Positions 29,417-40,100 are shown, counted from the stretch's first letter. The stretch is 64,000 nucleotides of DNA from Chitinophaga pinensis (GCA_945907065.1 CAMDSC010000002.1:28345-92344); one strand, 5' to 3'. The notes: generated by a model not told the origin, from the sequence alone. Made by a program: numbers and translations.

Positions 29417-30528
29417 TTAAAAAGATCTAATGGCTCTTATATAGGCAGGGGAAGTTTTTACATAACTACCGGAGTTTCCAGTGTTAAAATCTTGATAACC
29501 TGCATATACACCATCTGCACCGATCGAATGCCAGTATAAATCTTTTAAAAAATTACCAAATTTTTGTCTATTTTGATATAGAATTAACATTTCATTTCTA
29601 CTACCTAAATACCAATCATCATATCCATTTAATTCAAGATTATAACATATTCTAGCAGCATACTGTCCTTCACCTTCGCTATTAATTATAGCCTCTGTAT
29701 TTTGCTTGCCTGACCCAAAATCAGAGCTTGTGGCTCCAGTAAAAGTATAATAAAATGACCATGGATAATGTCCTTGATCTTCTTCTGCAGCAATTAAACC
29801 GTTTGTTTGGGTACCATCAAGATAAAAAATAATACCACCTTGATATTTTTGTCCAATGCTTAGAGTTACTGGCTGAGCTGCATCGACATTCGATTCTGCA
29901 ATAGGGTTTTCAGTTGGTTGTGCTTCTGCAATTGACGCAAAACTCAGAGCAGTATCATTTGCTGCTTTTTTCATTTGGGGACTGTTTTTAATTTAAATAT
30001 TGAAAAATAAATACTATAAATATTAAAATAGCCAGTCCTCCTATTATAAACCACTTTCTAGTTTTTAAAGATTTAAAAGCTGAAGTATTATTTTTTGCTA
30101 CGCTTGACTTTTCATTATAAATCGGTCCAGTGTCTTTTTCAACAGCAGTTTCAATGACTAAGTGTTGGTTTAATACTTCTAACAATTCACTTAACCCATC
30201 CTTGTAGGCATCTTTAAAATCTATATGTTGCAAACGCTTTAACCTAAATGGCGTATTAAAATCATTCAGCAATATTGGAATTACTGATTTTGTCTTTTCG
30301 AGAGCAAATGAAACCTCATCCATTACATTATTAGAATTTACCGACTCATTAGATAACACTACAATTAGGGTTGAGGCAGATTCAAGTGCTGTTTCAATAG
30401 ATGCATCCTAGCGACTAGCTGGCTTAATATCTAATTGGTCAAGCCAAACATTTGCACCTCTTTTGCTAATTTAAAACAAAGTTTGAGTCTGTTCTAGCAT
30501 AACTGAAAAAAATAGTGTTTTTATCCAT
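29417..30528 (-). pseudogene. Disrupted TIR - TM - Lcl/DUF1566-like fusion gene
   Basis: ATG 30528 MDKNTIFFSYARTDSNFVL, frameshift, GANVWLDQLDIKPASR, TAG 30408-30410 in place of W, ...SNNVMDEV...; TM helix; +1 shift near 29992-29995 into IGQKYQGGIIFY...YDDWYL...YW...IRAIRSF. Confidence 0.8.
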
Positions 30529-30617
30529 ACTTGGTTGCTAAAAATACTAATTATTTTATAAGTATCTTAAACTATTAGTAATGCAATACACAAACAATTA
30601 ATTGCCTTATACAATCA

Positions 30618-31631
30618 TTAATTCTTGATATAACTTGCCACGGTTTCCTCTATAGCAATTTTAATTGGTGTAAACTCAAACGCCAATGCATCTTTAATTT
30701 TTTGATTAGAATACTGAACTGTTTTAAAACTGCTAACAGCAGATTCTTTAGTAATAAGTCCCTTTGTTCCTGAAACAAACCTTACCAAACAAAAACAACG
30801 CCATGCTATTTCAGCCATCATTGGATTAACTTTTATAAAGGGACGTTTTTTTCCGAAGGCATCTGCGATAGTATTCATAAAATCGCGAAGCATTATATTT
30901 TCACTTACCAAAAGAAAACGCTCCTGTGATACAGAGCTTTCAGCCAGCAATATCATAGCTTTCGCCACGTCCTTTACATATACAAAGGCATTACTTCCAT
31001 TAGTATAAAAAGGAAAATTTTTATACCCATTACTAAAAAAACGTCCAGTTGCTTTGCGCCAATCACATGGCCCTATTATCATCGAGGGATTAACAATTAC
31101 AGCATCTAATCCTTCTTCTATTCCTCGCCATACTTCCAACTCGGCATAATATTTACTTATCGAATAATTGGAAGGATATTCTTTTTCATCCCATTGGTTG
31201 GTTTCATTAGTTATTAAATTGTCCTCAGCCTGACCAATGGCGGCTGTGCTGCTTGCATACACCAGTTTTTTACAATCTTTAGCAAGGCAGGCATTTACAA
31301 TATTTTCAGTTCCCTTTATATTTATTAAAAATAATTTTTCACGTTCGGCTTGATGAAAAGAAACCAAAGCAGCACAATGGTAAACCGTTTGGTCTTTTTG
31401 TAACATCTCCTCGATGCTGTCGTATTCAGTGATATCACCATCTACCCATTTTAAATTTTTTACCACCAAACTTTGGTCCTGTCCAAAATAAAGGCCTGAT
31501 ATAAAAGTAAACTCATTCAAAGAAGATTGAGGCCGCTTAAGAGCCTCCACGAGGTAACCCTTTTGCAGTAATGCACATACTAAATGGGCTCCTAAAAAGC
31601 CTGTGGCGCCGGTAACAAAAATGGGTTGCAA
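30618..31631 (-). CDS. NAD-dependent epimerase/dehydratase (extended SDR)
   Basis: VTGATGFLG, HCAA, SS, YSISK (YxxxK), NP. Confidence 0.9.
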   Translation of the reverse strand: MQPIFVTGATGFLGAHLVCALLQKGYLVEALKRPQSSLNEFTFISGLYFGQDQSLVVKNLKWVDGDITEYDSIEEMLQKDQTVYHCAALVSFHQAEREKLFLINIKGTENIVNACLAKDCKKLVYASSTAAIGQAEDNLITNETNQWDEKEYPSNYSISKYYAELEVWRGIEEGLDAVIVNPSMIIGPCDWRKATGRFFSNGYKNFPFYTNGSNAFVYVKDVAKAMILLAESSVSQERFLLVSENIMLRDFMNTIADAFGKKRPFIKVNPMMAEIAWRCFCLVRFVSGTKGLITKESAVSSFKTVQYSNQKIKDALAFEFTPIKIAIEETVASYIKN

Positions 31632-31675
31632 TACTTATAATTTAACTTTGCTAAATTAGTTCATGAAATCCACTC

Positions 31676-32800
31676 ATGCTTAAAGAATTTTTAACCCCAT
31701 ATTTACCAAAAACAGCAAGCTGGAAAGAAACTTCCATTGGCCATCTTACGTGTTTTTATGAAACTGAAATACCAGATTTTGCTGAAACGGATATTGCCAT
31801 TATTGGAATAAATGATGGCCGAAATTCAACAGGAAACGAAAGTTGCAAGCTGGCACCCGATACTATTCGAGATGAATTTTATAAACTCATTCGTCAAAAT
31901 ACCAGACTTCGACTAAGTGACCTTGGAAATATAAATGCTGGCGACACCTTCGAAGATAGTTTAACAGCTCTTAGAATAGTTATCGAAACTCTACTAAAAG
32001 AAAATATTATTCCTATAATATTAGGAGGAAGTATAGAACTGGCATTTGGCCAATATACAGCTAATGAAAAAATTTGCAAAAACCTGGAATATGTATGTGT
32101 AAGCGCTGACTTTGATTTAAAAAATGAAACTTACCTGCGAAAAATTTGCACTTATCAGCCCAATTTTCTTTTTAATATTAACGTACTAGGATTTCAAACT
32201 TATTTGGTAGAAGATGATAGCCTAAGTGTTATTCAAAAACTTTTTTTTGAAGCCAACCGCTTAGGGCCATTAAAAAAAGATATGACGGATGCTGAACCTA
32301 TGATTCGCAATGCAGATATGATTACATTTAATATGTCGGCTATAAAACAAGCCGACGCCCCGGGCCATGCCAATGGAAACCCAAATGGATTTTCGGGAGA
32401 AGAAGCATGTCAAATTGCATGGTATTCAGGCGTGGCCGATAAGGTGAAAACCTTTGGAATTTATGAACTGAATCCTGATTATGACGAATACCGCCAATCT
32501 GCAAAGTTAGCTTCGCAAATGGCTTGGTATTTTGTAGATGGCTATTACAATCGTAAAAATGATAACCCTGTAATGCATCAAGATTTTTTAAAATACCGCT
32601 GCACATTGGGTGAAGGGCAACCAGAAGCAGTATTTTTCAAAAGCAAATTAAGCGACCGTTGGTGGATGGAAATTCCATATCCAAATAATTATGGAGACCA
32701 CAGTGTATTGGTTCCATGTTCGTATAATGATTATCTTATTGCGTCAAAAGGAGAAATGCCTGACCGATTTTGGCGAGGTTTTCAAAAAATAAATATGTAA
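31676..32800 (+). CDS. Arginase/formimidoylglutamase-fold protein with degenerate metal ligands
   Basis: DIAIIG, DLGNI, IILGGS, PNGFSGEEAC, ELNP; C-terminal Bacteroidota extension (RWWME...PCSY.DY). Confidence 0.8.
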   Translation: MLKEFLTPYLPKTASWKETSIGHLTCFYETEIPDFAETDIAIIGINDGRNSTGNESCKLAPDTIRDEFYKLIRQNTRLRLSDLGNINAGDTFEDSLTALRIVIETLLKENIIPIILGGSIELAFGQYTANEKICKNLEYVCVSADFDLKNETYLRKICTYQPNFLFNINVLGFQTYLVEDDSLSVIQKLFFEANRLGPLKKDMTDAEPMIRNADMITFNMSAIKQADAPGHANGNPNGFSGEEACQIAWYSGVADKVKTFGIYELNPDYDEYRQSAKLASQMAWYFVDGYYNRKNDNPVMHQDFLKYRCTLGEGQPEAVFFKSKLSDRWWMEIPYPNNYGDHSVLVPCSYNDYLIASKGEMPDRFWRGFQKINM

Positions 32801-32850
32801 CTTTGAATAATAAATATACCAAAACCATTAAATAACAGTTAACTAATATT

Positions 32851-32988
32851 ATGCAAGGTCTAAAATTTATAAAAATAATCGTTTTAGCGTTAGGAATTCT
32901 ATTATTCCTCGACTCCTGCTCTGCTACAAAAAGCAAACGAGGATGTGATGGTAATAAAAAATCAAAAGTACCTTTTGGGTATATGTAG
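32851..32988 (+). CDS. Small lipoprotein, 45 aa (below ORF-track cutoff)
   Basis: MQGLKFIKIIVLALGILLFLDSC-SATKSKRGCDGNKKSKVPFGYM*; basic n-region, hydrophobic h-region, lipobox LDSC; fills the gap between two convergent genes. Confidence 0.7.
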   Translation: MQGLKFIKIIVLALGILLFLDSCSATKSKRGCDGNKKSKVPFGYM

Positions 32989-32990
32989 AA

Positions 32991-33623
32991 TTACCAAAGA
33001 TGTTCCGTCGAATTTTCAGTAGTTATTTCAAACCTTCCATTACCTAGGTGTTCCAAAACGTAAAGGCATAAATTGGTATGATAAAATTCTTCCATTTTAC
33101 TTAATGGTTGATTCAATAAAAGGCATAAAAAACTTCGGATAGCACGGCCGTGCATGCATACCAATATTATATTTTCATTGTCGGCAGCCATTATTTTTTC
33201 GAGTGCCAATTTTTGACGATTATACATTTGCATGGGCGTTTCACCCTTCTCAATGGCTTTGTCCAAATATCCGGCTTTCCAATCCTCAATCATTTGATGA
33301 TAGTGCAATTGGTTAAGGTTATTGGGAATAGCACCTTCCATTATTCCCCAATTTATTTCGTTAAGTCCCCCTAATTTTTCATAAACAAATTTATCTTCAA
33401 TAAAAGGAGCAACACTTTGATAAGTTCTATTTAACTCTGAAATATAAATTTTATCAAAAGGAATATGCTTGTAAGCCATATAAAATAGCTGTGCTTGATG
33501 CTTTCCTTTATCATTTAAATCTGAATTTATCCCACTGCCCTGAATAATTCCTCGTTTATTATATTCAGTTTCTCCATGTCGTATCAAGTAAATTGTTTTT
33601 TTTGTAGTTAAATTAGATGGCAT
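32991..33623 (-). CDS. Histidine phosphatase / phosphoglycerate mutase family protein
   Basis: YLIRHGET..N, LNE..WG..EG, VCMHG. Confidence 0.9.
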   Translation of the reverse strand: MPSNLTTKKTIYLIRHGETEYNKRGIIQGSGINSDLNDKGKHQAQLFYMAYKHIPFDKIYISELNRTYQSVAPFIEDKFVYEKLGGLNEINWGIMEGAIPNNLNQLHYHQMIEDWKAGYLDKAIEKGETPMQMYNRQKLALEKIMAADNENIILVCMHGRAIRSFLCLLLNQPLSKMEEFYHTNLCLYVLEHLGNGRFEITTENSTEHLW

Positions 33624-34047
33624 GTTTTACAATCACAAAAATATAACACTTGAGGCATTAAATATGCAGCTTCAAAATACTCTTGCATCACATTTAGGCA
33701 TGGAAGTTACCGAAATTGGAAATCATTATTTAATAATGAAAATGCCGGTAGATTATAGAACAATTCAGCCTTCGGGGCAATTGGATGGTGGGGCTAGTAT
33801 GGCTCTGGCTGAGGCTGCGGGAAGCTTGGCCGCTAATATTTCAGTAAGTGAGGACAAATTATGTGTAGGATTAGATATTAACGGAAATCATATTAAATCT
33901 AGCAATTCTGGATTTGTATATGGCAAAGCCATTCCTTTACATCTTGGAAACCGAACCCATGTTTGGGAAATAAAAATAACGGATGAAAATGAAAAGCTAA
34001 TTTGCATTTCCCGATTAACAATGGCTGTAATTGATAAAACAAAGTAA
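33622..34047 (+). CDS. menI: Hotdog-fold thioesterase, probable DHNA-CoA thioesterase
   Basis: MPVD.RT.QP.G.L[D]GGAS.ALAE..GS, NH, VWEI; adjacent to isochorismate synthase. Confidence 0.75.
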   Translation: MFYNHKNITLEALNMQLQNTLASHLGMEVTEIGNHYLIMKMPVDYRTIQPSGQLDGGASMALAEAAGSLAANISVSEDKLCVGLDINGNHIKSSNSGFVYGKAIPLHLGNRTHVWEIKITDENEKLICISRLTMAVIDKTK

Positions 34048-34050
34048 GTA

Positions 34051-35037
34051 ATGACAAATACTTTTTTTATCTATTGGAAACTTCCCGGCAAAAAAGAAAT
34101 TTTTACCATTGAAAATCCTCAAATTAGTAAGATTTCAGAAACGGATTTATCAGAAGAAGGATTTATTTTTCTTCCTTATAATAAAAATCAATTTGGCTAT
34201 TTAATAAAAGGTGAGATAAATAAAACCACTGACTTCAAATTTCCTCCATTATTAAAAAATGAAACCCAGCTAAATTTTCATGATAATCATAAAAATTATC
34301 TTGCAATAGTTACTAAAGCGATTGATCAAATAAAGAACGGGGATTTCAAAAAAGCAGTTTTGGCTCATTCCTTTATTCAAAAATTACCTCCTAATTTCAA
34401 TCTCAATCTATTTTTTGAAAAGCTTTGCAATCAATATCCCAATGCCTTTGTTTACTGCTTATCTATTGAAAATGAAATCTGGATTGGAGCTACACCTGAA
34501 GTATTTCTAAAAAAAGAAAACAATTTATTTTTGACGTATGCCCTTGCCGGAACCAAACAATTAAATGAAGGGATAAAGTTTAGCAACAAGGAACTAGATG
34601 AGCAACTGCTAGTAAAAAATTATATAGTTGACAAGCTAATTAATTTTGAAACTGAGAATATCGAAGTTTCCGAGGTTAGAGAACTCAATACCGGAAATCT
34701 TAAACATTTGATAAATGAAATACGATTTAATACCACAAAACCAATTGATATAATTAATGAGATTCATCCAACACCTGCAGTTTGTGGCACACCATTAATG
34801 CAGGCATCTAATTTTATTAAACAAAATGAAAATCTAGACAGGGAATTTTACTCAGGATTTTTAGGACCTATTTATAAAAATAGAGATTTTTCATTTTGGG
34901 TAAATCTGCGTTGCGCCAAAATTAGTAATGATTTAATAAAATTTTATGCAGGAGCAGGAATTACGGCAAATAGCGTGGCTGAAGCCGAATGGCAGGAAAC
35001 CGAAAAAAAAATAGATACTCTTAGAACTTTACTATAG
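34051..35037 (+). CDS. menF: Isochorismate synthase (chorismate-binding MST family)
   Basis: KAVLA, GATPE, ALAGT, KE..EQ, HPTPAVCG, R.FYSG..G, VNLRC, YAGAGI, ET..K. Confidence 0.85.
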   Translation: MTNTFFIYWKLPGKKEIFTIENPQISKISETDLSEEGFIFLPYNKNQFGYLIKGEINKTTDFKFPPLLKNETQLNFHDNHKNYLAIVTKAIDQIKNGDFKKAVLAHSFIQKLPPNFNLNLFFEKLCNQYPNAFVYCLSIENEIWIGATPEVFLKKENNLFLTYALAGTKQLNEGIKFSNKELDEQLLVKNYIVDKLINFETENIEVSEVRELNTGNLKHLINEIRFNTTKPIDIINEIHPTPAVCGTPLMQASNFIKQNENLDREFYSGFLGPIYKNRDFSFWVNLRCAKISNDLIKFYAGAGITANSVAEAEWQETEKKIDTLRTLL

Positions 35038-35424
35038 ATACTTTTTAATCATATCAGCGGTTGCCATAAGTTCTTCATTGGTTGGTTTCATTTTTTCTTT
35101 CGAAAAATCAATATCAGAAACCGAACTTATTGGAATTAAATGAATATGAGCATGAGGCACCTCAAGACCTATGACCACAACCCCAATTTTTTTACAATCG
35201 ATGGCAGATTTTATTCCTTTGGCTACTTTTTGTGCAAATAAATTTAGTGAAGTGTAGTCATCAGGCGCCATATCAAAAATATAGTCTATAGGTATCTTTG
35301 GTATTACCAATACATGTCCTTGCTTTAATGGGCTGATATCTAAGAAGGCCAAATGATTCGAATCTTCGGCTACTTTATGACAAGGAATTTCACCGCTTAT
35401 TATTTTACTAAAGATACTGGCCAT
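35032..35424 (-). CDS. HIT family nucleotide hydrolase
   Basis: SIFSKII.GEIP, AFLDI.P...GH.LVIPK, VPHAHIHLIP. Confidence 0.93.
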   Translation of the reverse strand: MASIFSKIISGEIPCHKVAEDSNHLAFLDISPLKQGHVLVIPKIPIDYIFDMAPDDYTSLNLFAQKVAKGIKSAIDCKKIGVVVIGLEVPHAHIHLIPISSVSDIDFSKEKMKPTNEELMATADMIKKYL

Positions 35425-35455
35425 TATTAAAAGTTAGAGTTATAGAAAACAAAAT

Positions 35456-35929
35456 TTAAACTACAGAAATATCAAGTATTTCAAAATTTATGGTTCCAGC
35501 AGGCACCATTACTTCAACATGGTCTCCAATTTTTTTACCCATAAGCCCCATAGCTATTGGTGATTTAACTGAAATTTTTCCCAATTTAAGATCGGCTTCT
35601 TTTTCAGAAACAATTGTATAATTAACGCTCGAATTTGTTTTTTTATTTAGTACAGTAACCTTGGTTAATATTCCTACTTTACTTAAATCTACTTTAGTTT
35701 CATCCAATATTCTACTATCTCCTAATATATTTTTAAGTTTGGCTATTTTCATTTCAAGCATTCCCTGAGCTTCTTTGGCAGCATCGTATTCTGCATTTTC
35801 CGAAAGGTCACCTTTTTCCTTTGCTTCTGCTATCTGCCCACTAATACGACGTCTTTCCACTTTTTCCAATTGTTCTATTTCTTTCACTAAGGCATCGTAT
35901 CCTTCCTTGGTCATGTAATTTATAGCCAT
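35456..35929 (-). CDS. greA: Transcription elongation factor GreA
   Basis: GDLSENAEYDAAKE, IS..SPIA; start at ATG 35929 (the ORF-track extension runs through the leader hairpin). Confidence 0.96.
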   Translation of the reverse strand: MAINYMTKEGYDALVKEIEQLEKVERRRISGQIAEAKEKGDLSENAEYDAAKEAQGMLEMKIAKLKNILGDSRILDETKVDLSKVGILTKVTVLNKKTNSSVNYTIVSEKEADLKLGKISVKSPIAMGLMGKKIGDHVEVMVPAGTINFEILDISVV

Positions 35930-35958
35930 AATATTTAAAATTCTATTTAATGTGATAT

Positions 35959-36009
35959 AAAAATAAAGTTGCACCAACCGTATTCGGTTGATGCAACGCT
36001 ACAAATATA
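35959..36009 (-). promoter_or_regulatory. greA promoter followed by a terminator-like leader hairpin
   Basis: TATATTTG (36002-36009), then GUUGCAUCAACCG-AAUA-CGGUUGGUGCAAC and UUUAUUUUU. Confidence 0.7.
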
Positions 36010-36052
36010 ATTTCTTTGTTTTTAAGTCCTAACTTTAGTACTACTAAAATTA

Positions 36053-37174
36053 TTATTCACTTTGATTTCCTAGTGACATTTTTAAACCAATAGAATGAGT
36101 ACCTGAAAAAGGACGAGTATCGCGATATGAATAATCTAAGGCAAAGCGATTGCCATCTTTTCCATATGGCAATTCAAAAGTTACCCCTCCCATTAATCCT
36201 GTACTGGCCGTGCGACGAGTATCGTAACTCATAATACCTTTTTCGTAAGCATAACCGGCACGAACCATAAACATACTTTTGTATATATATTCAGCACCAA
36301 ATGTGGTTTGATTTAATGAAAAGGCATTGTAAGTAAAATTAGCTGCAAGTGATAGAGTATGAAAATTAGTTTCTTCATTCTTATCAAGTTTAATATCATG
36401 GGCACCCCCAATATTAATTAATGCAGGAATATTATACTTAGCTATCCGTTGATTAACTGTAGCTTCCTGATTATCTTTCGGATTAAGTCTTTTAATAGAA
36501 ATACCATCTCCTGAATACTTAACATCCGGTCCAATATTTTTTATTGATACGCCAAAATGAGTATCGTCTGCTGTTTTCCAACTTGTTTTATATTGAATAC
36601 CAGCATCAATGGCAACACCCTGAGCTTTTAAATTGGAAGCATTTTCAGAATATACTCTTAACAAAACACCCCCTGTAATTCGTTCTGTAAATTTCCGGCC
36701 ATATCCTAAACCAATATTAGTTAAACGTGGCGAAAAATTCCCCAGTCCTCCATTTGGTTGTTGCACGGTAGTGATAGGTATATCGCCAAGATCAATAGAA
36801 CTTATGGATAATCCTAGAGCATTATCATTCCCTAGATTTTGAGCAAAACCAAAACTGCTTATGTTAACACCTGAACCTGATAACCAACTTGTTCTGGCAA
36901 AAGCAATATCAGTTTTGGGAGTATTCACCAATCCTCCAATATTCATATACATGGATTCAATTCCTTTTATACTGCTTTGTGAAGCCCAACCTAAACCTGA
37001 TGAACGAGCCCAACCGTTTATTACAAGTTGATTTGCACTGGCCTGCCCACCTCTGTCAGGGTTTCCGGCAAAGGAAGTAACACTTATCAATCCAAGGGCT
37101 ATTATATTTACAATTCTTAATTTACTCATTATTCTATTTTTAAAACTTTTGAATTCGCTAATTTTTGGTTCCAT
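36053..37174 (-). CDS. PorV/PorQ-family outer-membrane beta-barrel
   Basis: Signal peptide from M16 (37129); GNPDRGGQA..L.I...ARS.G, YMN.GGL, DAGIQY, G..IKNIG, G.EY, RAGY, DYSY, H.I.L pattern. Confidence 0.75.
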   Translation of the reverse strand: MEPKISEFKSFKNRIMSKLRIVNIIALGLISVTSFAGNPDRGGQASANQLVINGWARSSGLGWASQSSIKGIESMYMNIGGLVNTPKTDIAFARTSWLSGSGVNISSFGFAQNLGNDNALGLSISSIDLGDIPITTVQQPNGGLGNFSPRLTNIGLGYGRKFTERITGGVLLRVYSENASNLKAQGVAIDAGIQYKTSWKTADDTHFGVSIKNIGPDVKYSGDGISIKRLNPKDNQEATVNQRIAKYNIPALINIGGAHDIKLDKNEETNFHTLSLAANFTYNAFSLNQTTFGAEYIYKSMFMVRAGYAYEKGIMSYDTRRTASTGLMGGVTFELPYGKDGNRFALDYSYRDTRPFSGTHSIGLKMSLGNQSE

Positions 37175-37176
37175 AT
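37127..37176 (-). promoter_or_regulatory. Shared 5' motif, copy B (PorV-like gene)
   Basis: ATATGGAACCAAAAATTAGCGAATTCAAAAGTTTTAAAAATAGAATAATG. Confidence 0.55.
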
Positions 37177-37197
37177 TTTATGAATATTTTAATCTTT

Positions 37198-40100
37198 TTA
37201 AAAGGAATCCAAATCTAATTCGCGCATCACACCCATCCATTTAATTACCTTTTCACCAAGCCCAGGAGCATTCACATGAATAAGATACACACCACTGGCT
37301 ATTGGCACTTTGGCATCATTTTTCATATCCCACAATACATCCGTTGATTGATCATCTTTTTTAATCCTTCTAACTAGAGTGCCATCAATAGTATAAATTG
37401 AAATATCACATCTCATAGGTAAATTGGTAAACTTCACTGTGTTTTCAATAGAGGTATTTTCATAATCAGAATATGCATAATATGGATTAGGAACTACGTT
37501 TATCATATCTAATGCTTTTATTCCATGTTTCGGTGCAACTTCGGTAAATACTTCATTGGTATTAAACTCGTACCGTGGATTATCAAAATTTAAAGTATTA
37601 GCTATGGTATTATAAAATCTATACGGTTTTTTAACCCTAATTTTAAATCGCACTTCAGTTTCAGGCACTGGCATTCCATTTACTTCCTTCATTTTATAAC
37701 CAGTAGCCATATATGTCGGTATAACATACATACACTGATACATCACTTTATTTATAATAGTGGTTCTGGCAGTTTCAGTCATCAAATTATCTGCTGCTTT
37801 AAGTATATCATAATAGGCTTGTCCTTGATCATAAATTGGCAATAATGGCTGCTGAGAAGGAACAATTCCTTGATATGAGCCCATTAAATAAATATAATGA
37901 CGACCACCATTGGCAATTATTCCTGTTCCACCATTTGCATAAAAACCTGCATCTGAAGTTGGATTCCATTTCATATCACGACCATTGTTTGAGTATTGAC
38001 GAGAATCTTCACCAAAGACAATATTCAATCGTTCTCCGGTTTCTACATTTATAGCATATCCAGGAAACCAACTGCGACCAGTTTCTCCAGGTATTTCTGT
38101 TCCATCTATATTTAACGAAGCATGAGCTCTTAAATTAAATTTCTTATTTGCCCCTTCACTTAATATATTGTCATCACTCATTTCAAGCACACAAGAACGG
38201 GTCCATTTCTTTTGATCTGGTGTAATAACAAATTCAATACTCGATAATTGGTTTAATCCCCATTGGCTATTAGTAGGGGTGCCATCAAAAGCGACACCTT
38301 GTATTTGAGTGGCACCAAATTTGGCACCTGCATTACTTGTAAAACGAGAGGCTAAACGATATGGCCCAACGCGACCTTCCCATAATTTTTCATAACTTTC
38401 AAATGGGTCTATTGCATTTCCATTTATAGCATAATCATTTTCTGTAGGATCTTTAAATTGATCTGCTTTGCCATTGGTACCAGAGTGTAACCAATTCCAA
38501 AAAGGTACACCATCAATATCTCTCATACCTGAAAGCCACTCTTTTCCTTTATCGGCAAAAATAACTTCACAACCTAATGAACCATTTGTTTCATCAATAT
38601 CTGGATTTCCAGGGTCTAATACTTGATCAATGGATACTGCCATTCCCCAATCGGCAAGTTTTGCAGGTTCTTTATACCAAGCGGTATCTGTTCTTTTTGA
38701 TGCAAATTGCCATTTATTACCTTTTGTAATTATTTGCTCGTTATGTATATTTATCTTTTCATCAGAAAAAATTGTATCAGGAATTCCTCCTTCATTTTTC
38801 TTAATAAGAATCCATCTGGTAACATGCCCTTTAACTCCTGCTTCACGTTTGCGAATTGCAGAAGCGGTTCCGCTCAAATTTATTGAATCTTTCAATTCAA
38901 TAAGTACAAGTTCAAAATCTCCTTTTGGAACTTTTAATGGATCAACTATGGAAATCTTTACTGGTCCTTTACCTACTTCATAAACAGGATTAAGAACTTT
39001 ATAGGGCGGGGCACTAACAATTTCAAATTCCGTTTCAGGAGTTAAATCAATAATATTACCTCCATTTCCACTTCCTTCAATTCTTTTTATGCGTGGGCCA
39101 CCACCATAGCTTGTATTTAATTTAGCTCCACCTAAGCGAGGTTCAGTATTTCGAGGTGATGCAACTAATATTGCACCCTTTTCTGGCAATTGCCCAAGGA
39201 GGTATTGATCCTCCGTACTTAAAGGAGCCGCAGAATAAGGGAAAATCATATAATAATATGTTTTAAAATTCACTAAAGATTTATTAGAACCGGTTGCAAA
39301 GGCATCTTCTTTAATCGATAATGAATGTACTAATCCTTTATTTGGTGCATCTATCATTAATTTTGGTAATGCTTGCCCTAAGGTTACATCACAAGGTTTA
39401 TTTACCAAGCGAATAACGTTGTTCTTTAAATCGCAAATAAAAATTTCACGAACCTTTTCTGCATCTTCTAAATCTCCAGGACCAGCACTTCCATCTTTAC
39501 ATTGGAATATACGATATCCTTCAAATTTATAAACTTGTGGTTTTTGGTTTGCATCAAGTACTGTTTTACTAAATCCTTCAACATTCTTAGTATTACCCAA
39601 CATTAATATTAATTCATTGTCTAATTCCTGAACTGTTGTAATAACAGCTTCGGGGCCTAGTAATGGAACAAAACAATTATTAAATAATGTTTGTGCTTTA
39701 TCACTGGCTAATTTTAATAATGCCAAAGAACCTTCGGCACCACCGGTACTTGCCCTTGCCCATACAATACCTACGGTAAGTTTATTAAATGCTCCAGACT
39801 TTAGGGTAAATGGTCCGCTGGTTTGCATAAAACGTCTGTCGGCTGCTGGATTTCCAGCGGAACGTTCATTCCAGTTTCCCGTAACTTTAGGGTCTGTATC
39901 AAATGGAAATAAGTAATTGGTACAGTTTGTTCCTGTACGACCGCTTTTTCCATCATTGGTCATACATTTACCATTTTTCCATCTACCGGTTAAATAATAA
40001 TAATAATGAATGGGGCGCTGAGGGTTTCCAAAATCAGTAAAATCATTATCATAGTAAACAAATTTACTCATTCCTAATTCGAAAGTAGTATCTCGTCCAT

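Noticed and set aside
29988-30359. Active Thoeris/TIR defence system
   Set aside because: The TIR N-terminus is broken and no ThsA-like or other effector gene is adjacent
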